Source: Candidatus Doudnabacteria bacterium
Lineage (GTDB): Bacteria; Patescibacteriota; Doudnabacteria; UBA920
DNA: 64,000 nt
Direction of reading: 5' to 3'
NCBI GenBank assembly: GCA_963837465.1
Contig: CAWINB010000001.1
Coordinates: forward strand, 75,915-139,914
A model generated the notes under the pieces. The model was given only the letters and a program-made list of their open reading frames with translations, searched no databases and had not been told where the DNA came from. Shown piece after piece: positions 56,639 to 64,000 of the stretch (within the stretch, counting starts at the first letter, position 1; the number at the start of each line of letters is the position of its first letter). The translations under genes were made by a program, and so were the position numbers.

Positions 56639-57025
56639 TTAGAGCATTTCTTTAACCTTGTGCCTTATGCTATTAAATATTTCGCTATCCATTGAGTATA
56701 TTTTTCTCCGCAGACGCTTAGTGCTTATTAGACGCAACTGGGAAATAATAGCGGAAAATTGTGTGTCGTTGTGGGTAAACTTTAAAAAATACTTATTATC
56801 TTCTTTTATTTTTGAAGTGAGCGGTATAACAAGTACCATATCGCGACTAAATTTTTTTAATACCAAAACCGGCCGTTCAAAAAATTCATGTTTTCCGTCC
56901 TGTTCAAAACCGATATTTATCCCTAACGAGCACCACCAAACTTCCCTGGTATGCACAAAGTTGTCAAAAATATCCTTATTAATTTGCTTTTTCTTTTGGT
57001 TCCATTGATCAAAATTTTTATCCAT
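56639..57025 (-). CDS. PemK/MazF-family toxin-like protein (no adjacent antitoxin)
   Basis: REVWWCSLGINIGFEQDGKHEFFERPVLVL resembles the MazF/PemK N-terminal strand-loop. AT-rich. Sits between two GT39 genes. Confidence 0.5.
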   Translation of the reverse strand: MDKNFDQWNQKKKQINKDIFDNFVHTREVWWCSLGINIGFEQDGKHEFFERPVLVLKKFSRDMVLVIPLTSKIKEDNKYFLKFTHNDTQFSAIISQLRLISTKRLRRKIYSMDSEIFNSIRHKVKEML

Positions 57026-57045
57026 ATTTCTAGAGCTGGTTTTTA

Positions 57046-58848
57046 CTATCTCGCTTCATACACCCCCATCACAATTTGATTAAACTGGTCGCGGATTTCC
57101 AGGCGGAGTTGGGCTTCGGGGTGGTTGGCCGTGAATTTGCGGGCGTCAAACAGGGTGGATTCCGCGAAAATTACCTGCTGGCCGGGTTTTAACGGCGGGA
57201 GTTTCCAGGAACTGGCAGGGTCTACTACCTGATAGGGAACGTTGCAGGGACTGTTAAAGTTGCCTTTGGGGTCGGATGTTAAATAATCCGGCGTTTGTTC
57301 GGAGTAGGAATCCAAAACCAAAAAAGTGGAATTTTTTGTGGAACCTTTGCCTGCGGTTAAAGATTGCTGACAGCGCTGGACCAAATATTGGCTGGTCGGA
57401 GTTAAATCGGAACGGAAGGAATAAAAATATTCCGGGCTGGAGGCCGCGTAGACAAAATATAAAATGTAGGTTTGCGAAATAAGCGCCAGGCAAAAACAAA
57501 CCGCCACAAATTTTAGGCAACCGGTTATGAATTTATAACGCGCGGGGTGACGATCGTATATTGACTGATAAGGCGATCCATCCTGTCGCGCCAATCTCGT
57601 TGACCATATCTTTTTATGTATCTTTGCGATCCACTCCCCAACGACGTATAAAGACACGGCGGCGATTATAAAAGTAGGAGCGATTGCTCCGGCGCTGCGT
57701 AATCCATGGGGAATACCTTCGGCTGTAGCCATTTCAGGCAACAGCATGCCCCAAAACCATCCGGTCAGCAAAAAGTACTTCCAATAGCCGGGCTTTTTTA
57801 AAGGCCGGAAAAAATACCAAATTCCCAATACTGCGATTACGGCAAGCCCGAAGCCAAAAAACGGACTGATTAAAGGCGATAAAAACGGATAGCCGGAAAT
57901 ATTCTGGCGCCAGTTTAAGTCGCCGTGGATAAAAAACCCGCCGACAGCCGCCTTCAGCACGGTCCAAAAAACAGCCAGCACCACGGAAAGCGGAGGACGG
58001 TAAGTAAGCTGCTGGCCGTTGACCAGGTACAAACTCTGGTTAAAAATACTGACCTGGCCGCTCCTGCCGATGAAAAAATCAAAGTTGTGGTAAAAATAGT
58101 CGGTAATCCAGGCTACCGAGGCGCAAAAAGAAACAAAAAATATCGCGAAAGCGGCCCGATATTTTACCACTGTGGTCTTAAGCTCCTTCTTTTTGACAGC
58201 GGCAAGCAAAGGCCACGCCACAACCATAAACAAAATCGGAGCCATTATCCGATAGGCAATGTAAGTGTAAAATCCCAGGCCAAAACTTAAACCCAGCAAA
58301 ATTGAAAACCAGTTCCTGGCTTTGGAGCTTTGCGCCTGGTAAACGCGCAGCAAAAAATATAAAGTCAGCGCGCCAAACAGGGGAGTGAGGTTGGCTCTTA
58401 AAGCGGTGCGGGAAAGCACCACATGCCAGGTGGAAACAGCCATCAGGAACGAAGCTAATAGCCCTATGTGAATTGCCCGATTTTTTTTACGCTCATAATC
58501 GTCAGGATTCCCGGATTCATCGGCATCCATCAAAAATAATCCGTAAGCCACAAAATAAACCATTGCCACGGCCAGCACGCCAATTAAAGCCGAGGTAATA
58601 TGTAATTGCCACTGGCCCTTGCCAAAAATAGCCGTGCTGGCCCACTCCATATAAAAGAACAGAGCTTCGCGCCCGTTGCCCCGCTGGTAAAACGGCTGGA
58701 GCTGTCCTTGTTGCATAAGGTTAATATCAAGGCCGTTGGCAGCTTCGTCGGGGAATAAACCTCCGGGCATTTGCCGGATCTGGTAAAACCTGAAAAATAT
58801 AGCCAGTAAAATAATCGCCAGGAACAAAGACTTTTGTTTTGATGTCAT
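57046..58848 (-). CDS. GT39/ArnT-PMT-like membrane glycosyltransferase
   Basis: 600 aa, many TM helices. RFYQIRQMPGGLFPDEAANG N-terminal loop motif. Confidence 0.65.
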   Translation of the reverse strand: MTSKQKSLFLAIILLAIFFRFYQIRQMPGGLFPDEAANGLDINLMQQGQLQPFYQRGNGREALFFYMEWASTAIFGKGQWQLHITSALIGVLAVAMVYFVAYGLFLMDADESGNPDDYERKKNRAIHIGLLASFLMAVSTWHVVLSRTALRANLTPLFGALTLYFLLRVYQAQSSKARNWFSILLGLSFGLGFYTYIAYRIMAPILFMVVAWPLLAAVKKKELKTTVVKYRAAFAIFFVSFCASVAWITDYFYHNFDFFIGRSGQVSIFNQSLYLVNGQQLTYRPPLSVVLAVFWTVLKAAVGGFFIHGDLNWRQNISGYPFLSPLISPFFGFGLAVIAVLGIWYFFRPLKKPGYWKYFLLTGWFWGMLLPEMATAEGIPHGLRSAGAIAPTFIIAAVSLYVVGEWIAKIHKKIWSTRLARQDGSPYQSIYDRHPARYKFITGCLKFVAVCFCLALISQTYILYFVYAASSPEYFYSFRSDLTPTSQYLVQRCQQSLTAGKGSTKNSTFLVLDSYSEQTPDYLTSDPKGNFNSPCNVPYQVVDPASSWKLPPLKPGQQVIFAESTLFDARKFTANHPEAQLRLEIRDQFNQIVMGVYEAR

Positions 58849-59036
58849 AGAGATTTTAAATTAACAGCGGGAACTAATTAATAATGCGGTTAGCCGATTT
58901 ATCGGCCGTCAGTATCAAATACTGTTAACAGCCGATGATGTCTGTCCCGTACCGGATGCGGGACCTGCTGACTACAGACATTGCCGGAAGTCCTATAGCA
59001 AAAGCCGTATGTTTTTGCTATACTCTAGCAAGATAA

Positions 59037-59435
59037 GTGGTTTGTGTAAACTTTTTATTCCCTTATTTAAAGCAAAAAATGAACCGGGAAGATTTATTAA
59101 AATTTAAATTTGATGTGGATAATGTTTGGTTTCTTTGGGGTTTATGCCTTATTTTAAATATTATAACATTTTTATTCCTGTTTTTCAAAATCCATCCGGG
59201 AAGTAAAATTTTGGCCCTGCATTATAACGTCCTGCTCGGGGTGGACTGGTACGGGGCCGGCAGGAATTTATACTTTATTCCGGGGGTGGGATTTTTAATT
59301 TCAGCCGTAAATTTTACCCTTTACCGATCGCTTGGCAACAATGAAGCCTTCCTTTCTTCTTTAACCGCTTTTGTGAGCTTGTGCGCGCAGCTTATATTAC
59401 TGGTCGCGGCGCTGTTTTTGGCTAAAGTCAATTAA
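59037..59435 (+). CDS. hypothetical membrane protein
   Basis: 132 aa, three to four TM helices. Confidence 0.4.
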   Translation: MVCVNFLFPYLKQKMNREDLLKFKFDVDNVWFLWGLCLILNIITFLFLFFKIHPGSKILALHYNVLLGVDWYGAGRNLYFIPGVGFLISAVNFTLYRSLGNNEAFLSSLTAFVSLCAQLILLVAALFLAKVN

Positions 59436-59554
59436 CACGGATCTACGAATACTATTTTGATTAACATCTCTATTAACTTAAGTGTTAAAGGTCAGTAAGA
59501 TCAGTAGGTATCTGTAGATCCGTTTTCAATCCGTATACCCGCGTTAAATTTATT
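59431..59554 (+). promoter_or_regulatory. conserved structured intergenic module (copy B) containing a partial MITE copy (59455-59497)
   Basis: AATTAACACGGATCTACGAATAC ... [MITE 3' half] ... GTATCTGTAGATCCGTTTTCAATCCGTATACCCGCGTTAAATTTATTATGTAT. Flanking inverted repeat CGGATCTAC / GTAGATCCG. Confidence 0.5.
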
Positions 59555-61213
59555 ATGTATAGAAAAAGAACCGCCAGCGAAAGATTTTGGGAAATTTTAC
59601 CCGGGCTCCAGTTTTGGGCGGTTTTTTTTGGCGCCATAACGCTTTCTTACTACCAACCCATTTGGGCCGCTCTGTTTATTATTTGCTTCGATTTGTACTG
59701 GGTACTGAAGGCCGTAAATGTAGCCACGCACCTGGTATCCGCCTATAATAAATTTCGCCTTTACGTAACCATGGATTGGATGGATTTTACCAAACGGCTG
59801 GGCGACCTAAACAGCTTTGCCGAGTTTTTAAGCCAAAAACAAAAAGAAAGTCAAAGCTCGGCCGCCAAAAACTTTTTTAAAAAGGAAGCCCAAAAAATTC
59901 AAAGTATCTTAGCCGGAGGCAAAGCAGGCACCAGTTACCTTAATTTTTACCAGCTGGTTTTAATCCCTTTTACCGATGAAAGTTTTATGGTGCTTGATTC
60001 CACCCTGCAGGCCTTGTCAGGCAGCGATTACCCCAAAGACAAAATAATGCTGGTCTTGGGCAGTGAGCAGCGCGCCGGGGCCGCGGCCAAAGATGTGGCG
60101 CAAAAAATCCGTGAAAAATACCAAAGCGTATTTTTTAAATTTTTTATCACTGTCCATCCGGACGGCTTGCCGGGGGAAATAAAAGGCAAAAGCGCCAACG
60201 CCAGTTTCGCGGTTAAGGAAATTTTGCCGGAACTGCGAAAGCTTGGAATCGGCACGGACCAGGTACTGGTTTCCAACTTTGATTCGGATACCATCATCCA
60301 TCCCCAGTATTTTGCCAGGGTCATGTATGAATTTTTGACCGTTAAAAATCCTTACCGCGCCAGTTACCAGCCGATTGCCATTTACAATAACAACATTTGG
60401 GACACGCCTGCCATTGTGCGCGTAGTCAGCGTTTCCAATTCTTTTTTCCAGTTTACGGAAAGCAGCCGTCCCAACCGCCTGCGTACTTTTTCTTCCCACA
60501 CCATGACCCTGCGCGCGCTCTTGGACGCGGGTTTTTGGAAAAAAGACATTGTCAACGAAGACGGGTACATTTACTGGCAATGTTACCTGCGCTACAATGG
60601 CGATTACCGCGTGGTTCCCTTGTTTATCCCCATCAGCCTGGATACCTGTCTGGCCCACAATACCTGGCAGACCCTGATAAACCAGTACAAGCAAAAACGG
60701 CGCTGGGCTTACAACGTGGAATATTACCCCCAGCTAATACCCAGACTGATTAAATCCCGGGCGCCCTTTTGGGACAAAGCTTACAAACTCTACCAGTACG
60801 TGGAAGGCAATTTCAACTGGGCTACGGCCAGCATTTTAATTTCTTCCCTGGGCTGGCTGCCGCTGTTTTTGGGCGGCGGTAATTTTGGGCAGAGCGTGAT
60901 TGGTTATAATTTGCCGTTTGTGACCAAAATTTTAATGACCATCGCCACCTGCTTTTTAATCTTCAGTGTTTATATTAATTTGATTCTCCTTCCGCCGCGC
61001 CCGAAAAAATACAGCGCCTGGCGCAGCGCGGCCATGTATTTGCAGTGGTTTTTGGTGCCGTTAACTTCGGTTATTTTTGGCAGCCTGCCGGCCGTAGAAG
61101 CCCAAACGCGCCTGATGTTCGGGCAATACTTGGAATTCTGGGTGACGCCGAAAGCCCGAAAAGGCGAAAATACCGGCCTGACAATGAAGGAAATGCAAAA
61201 AGTTCATCCTTAA
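59555..61213 (+). CDS. processive family-2 glycosyltransferase (membrane; cellulose/chitin-synthase-like)
   Basis: DSD (DxD) at ~aa 231 and QKRRW (QxxRW) motif. N- and C-terminal TM helices. Confidence 0.55.
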   Translation: MYRKRTASERFWEILPGLQFWAVFFGAITLSYYQPIWAALFIICFDLYWVLKAVNVATHLVSAYNKFRLYVTMDWMDFTKRLGDLNSFAEFLSQKQKESQSSAAKNFFKKEAQKIQSILAGGKAGTSYLNFYQLVLIPFTDESFMVLDSTLQALSGSDYPKDKIMLVLGSEQRAGAAAKDVAQKIREKYQSVFFKFFITVHPDGLPGEIKGKSANASFAVKEILPELRKLGIGTDQVLVSNFDSDTIIHPQYFARVMYEFLTVKNPYRASYQPIAIYNNNIWDTPAIVRVVSVSNSFFQFTESSRPNRLRTFSSHTMTLRALLDAGFWKKDIVNEDGYIYWQCYLRYNGDYRVVPLFIPISLDTCLAHNTWQTLINQYKQKRRWAYNVEYYPQLIPRLIKSRAPFWDKAYKLYQYVEGNFNWATASILISSLGWLPLFLGGGNFGQSVIGYNLPFVTKILMTIATCFLIFSVYINLILLPPRPKKYSAWRSAAMYLQWFLVPLTSVIFGSLPAVEAQTRLMFGQYLEFWVTPKARKGENTGLTMKEMQKVHP

Positions 61214-61217
61214 TTTC

Positions 61218-63516
61218 GTGAAAAAAAACTTTTTTCTTAAAGCGAAAATTTACTTTAAAGCCCACCCCACCAAGGCAGTTTCGGCTGTTCTGTGTTTTTT
61301 AATTTTGGTTTTTATCTCTCCCGCGTTTTTTCAAGGACGATTTTTGGCGCCGGTTGACACTTTGCATTTTGTGGCTCCATATTTGGATATTACCACCCAA
61401 ATGCTGCCGTGGTGGAAACTGTCCGGCGAAATTATCCGTTCCGGGCATTTTCCCTTTTGGAATATTTACTCCGGTTTGGGTCTGCCGCTGTTTGCCAATA
61501 TGCAATCCGCGATGCTGTTTCCATTAACCTGGCTGTTTTATATTGTTAACGCGAGACTGGCGCTTTTGGCTTACGCTTCTTCAAAACTTTTTTTGACGGG
61601 GCTTTTTACCTACTTCTACCTGCGGGAACTGAAATTAAGTTTTTATCCCCGTTTGCTCGGAGCGATTTTATTTGCTTTTGCCGGGGTCAATGTCATTTGG
61701 TTTTTATGGCCGTTGACCAGCGTGATTTTAATTTTGCCCCTGGCGTTTTTTTTAATTGAGAGATATTTTAACAGCCGCGACTTAAAAACGGCCCTGTGGC
61801 TGGCTCCGGTTACGGCCCTGGGATTATTGGCGGGGCACCCGCAAACTTTTTTTTACGTTTTTTGCCTGATTTACGCTTACACCATTTTTAAAATCCTCGC
61901 CTCCGACCGACCATTTAAAAAAAATTTTACGGATTTTACAACCTTGTCGCTGGTTTATTTTTTAGGCGCCCTGCTTTCCGCGGTAGCCGTAATACCTTTT
62001 TTGCAGTACCTGAAACTGAGCGCCAACCTGGGTTACCGCTCGGGGTTTTCTGAAAATCCGTTTTATTTGCCGCCGCTTTTATTCTTAGCCAATTTAATTC
62101 CTGACTTTTACGGCAATACCGGGGTTAAAAATTTCAGCTACCTTTTGGCGCCAAACTACGGAGAACTGGCTTTGGGGTATATTGGCATCAGTAGCCTGCT
62201 GTTAAGCCTGTTCGCGTTCGGCAAAAAATCGGCAAAGCAGGTTTGGTTTTTTTTGGCCGCGGCGATTTTCTGCTTGGCGCTGATTTACCACGCGCCTGTC
62301 ATCTATCACCTTATAAACAAGCTGCCCGGTTTTAGCTTAAACTACAACAATCGACTATTGTATTTATGGGCTTTCTTTGGATCTGTTTTGGCAGCTTTTG
62401 GTTTGGAGAGATTCCTACGCGGAGAGATCGGTAAAAAACAAATTCGATGGACGTTCTCCTCCTTTGCGGTTTTTGCGGCAATCTTAATTATCGCCAATAA
62501 AGCTGTTACCAAACACTGGGAGTTTGGCCATAACTTAACCTGGCGCACAGTAAGTTTGTGGCAAGATGCCCCTGATACTGGCTTTTGTTGTTAATTTGAT
62601 TGCCGCTTATCTTATTTTTAAAAATTTACCAAAAAAGTCCGCGGTGATTTTGCTTTTGGCCCTGGTTTGCCTGGAAACGGCTGTCCACGGCATGGTATTT
62701 TTAAAGACTTCAAGGCCGCAAAATTTTTACCCTCCCACTCCCGTTTTTATGTATCTTCAAAAGCAGTTCCCGAACGGCTACTTCCGGACATTTACTTACG
62801 GCGACAATCTGCTGCCCAACATCGGCACGTGGTACCATATTAACGAGCTTAACGACCACGACACCATATATCTGCAGAGCGATAAAATATTAAAGCAGGC
62901 GGTGGCCAATTATAATTATTCCCCGGAATATACTTTCGATAACCCAAACTTAAACGCCCTGCGTTTTTTGAGCGTAAAGTACCTGCTTTACCCGGCCGGG
63001 GGACAGGGGAGTGACTTTTTATCCGGCCACCCCGGGGACTTATCATTGGCTTACAGGGATCCGGGTTACGATGTTTATGCTTTAAGCAACCCTTTGCCAC
63101 GCGCCTACTTGGTAAGCGCCGCCAATTTCCAGGATCTGCAAAACACTCTTTCTCTAATGATAAAAAATCCGAGCGTGGCGGCCGTTACCCCTGTCGGCGA
63201 TTTCCGGATCGCCGAAAATGGGACGGAAAATTTCAGCTATTCATCGGACGGCGGAGATTACCTGGTTACGGCCGATAATTATTACCCCGACTGGTTCGCG
63301 CGAATTGACGGCCAAAAAATTCCCCTTCAGGATGCCATGGGTCTTCGTGTCGCCAAGGTACCGGCCGGTAGCCATTCGGTCGTAATTTTTTACCAATCCA
63401 AAAGTTTTGAGTACGGACTGTTTGTTTCTCTTTTGGCGTTTTTATTGTGGCTCGGGCTATTTTTTGGGATTAAAACTTTTAACGGCCGCTCCAAACAAAA
63501 TCAAAATACAGATTAA
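61218..63516 (+). pseudogene. YfhO-family membrane protein split by a +1 frameshift near 62554-62594
   Basis: N-terminal 458-aa polytopic part and C-terminal 316-aa part (..DGQKIPL....VPAGSHSVVIFYQ) lie in different frames. The downstream frame opens only at 62554. Combined ~770 aa, matching YfhO. Confidence 0.55.
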
Positions 63517-64000
63517 ATGCATTACTCCTATTTTTTTATTCTGGCCGTGCTGCTGGCGCTGATTCTTACCCCTGTTATTAAAAAACTGGCGGCGCGTTTT
63601 AAAATTTTGGATATCCCGGACCAAAAGCGCAAGCTGCACACCGCGGCAATGCCCTTGCTCGGAGGAGTGTCTTTGTATTTAAGTTTTTTACTGGCTTTAC
63701 TGGCTTACCTGAACTCCGGGGAAGTAAATTTTAATGTCGTTCCTTTAAAATTTTTTTCGGGAATTATATCCGGCGGCCTGATTTTAATCATCGGCGGCAT
63801 CCTGGACGATAAATTCAGCCTGCCGCCCAAAATCTTATGGCTGTTCCCGGCCCTTGCCTCGGCAATCGTGGTTGCCTCAGGTATTGGCGTGGGTATTACC
63901 CATCTCAGCAACCCCTTTGGCCATTCAATTTACATTGGCTATACCTTAAAGCTGTCAGCTGTCAGCTTTAAGCTGTCAGCTGTCCTGGCTTGGCTCTGGA
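63517..64000 (+). CDS. polyprenyl-phosphate N-acetylhexosamine-1-phosphate transferase (WecA/TagO-like, GT4 family), 5' partial
   Basis: ILDIPDQKRKLHTAAMPLLGGVSLY matches DxPxxRKxH....P..GG of the WecA/MraY superfamily (WecA-type). Runs off the window end. Contains the AGCTGTC tandem repeat at 63945-63990. Confidence 0.65.
   Translation, partial: MHYSYFFILAVLLALILTPVIKKLAARFKILDIPDQKRKLHTAAMPLLGGVSLYLSFLLALLAYLNSGEVNFNVVPLKFFSGIISGGLILIIGGILDDKFSLPPKILWLFPALASAIVVASGIGVGITHLSNPFGHSIYIGYTLKLSAVSFKLSAVLAWLW

Noticed and set aside
63945-63990. AGCTGTC tandem repeat at the window end as an independent feature
   Set aside because: Lies at the very end of the window inside a partial gene. It cannot be distinguished from an assembly-edge artefact. 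Mentioned only in relation to the mnmA palindrome.
1-64000. Alternative genetic code (UGA recoding as in some CPR lineages)
   Set aside because: TGA terminates well-conserved genes, for example dus ends CCC TGA and the GxxExxY gene ends TGA. TAA and TAG are also used as stops. The standard code fits.
1-64000. CRISPR array, rRNA genes, integrase/transposase genes
   Set aside because: No regularly spaced direct repeats with unique spacers, no rRNA-like conserved stretches, and no recognisable integrase or transposase ORF were found. The mobile elements seen are non-autonomous.

Overview
This 64 kb window is a gene-dense bacterial chromosomal segment. Standard genetic code is inferred because TGA and TAA both terminate well-conserved genes. 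About 60 protein genes and two tRNAs are recognisable.

Housekeeping content: rplJ-rplL with a promoter and L10 leader, tRNA-dihydrouridine synthase, LexA, HisRS, PheS/PheT, GyrB, GreA, LysRS, SerS, MnmA, a membrane H+-pyrophosphatase, an FtsQ-like protein, archaeal-type UMP kinase, and tRNA-Gly(CCC) and tRNA-Gln(CUG).

Unusual metabolic genes: a eukaryote-type (type II) glutamine synthetase, an archaeal-type PEP carboxylase and a PfkB kinase sit together. A cell-envelope glycosylation cluster (two GT39/ArnT-like, a processive GT2, YfhO, a WecA-like transferase) carries an embedded solo MazF-like toxin.

Selfish and repeat content is the most striking layer:
1. A GC-rich RPE-like palindromic element is inserted in-frame in two genes, the PfkB kinase and the helicase-nuclease.
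2. A 32-bp CAGCTG-type perfect palindrome is inserted in-frame in mnmA, with a related repeat in the partial WecA-like gene.
3. A 105-bp MITE-like element with 16-17 bp terminal inverted repeats is present three times.
4. A GxxExxY (PD-(D/E)xK) nuclease gene is bounded by perfect 18-bp inverted repeats, a minimal mobile cassette, and solo copies of its end motif sit at the stop codons of other genes.
5. An identical 25-bp palindromic terminator occurs twice.

The best candidate for an undescribed system is a tightly packed, co-oriented nuclease-rich operon: RmuC, a 218-aa kinase-like protein, an NYN RNase, the GxxExxY nuclease cassette, a PIN protein and a UvrD/AddA-like helicase-nuclease.

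Several genes are disrupted. A Nudix gene has an in-frame TAA exactly at the catalytic Glu codon. pyrH and yfhO (and possibly a PAP2 gene) carry +1 frameshifts.

The organism looks like a small-genome uncultivated bacterium, possibly Patescibacteria/CPR-like. That is inference only.
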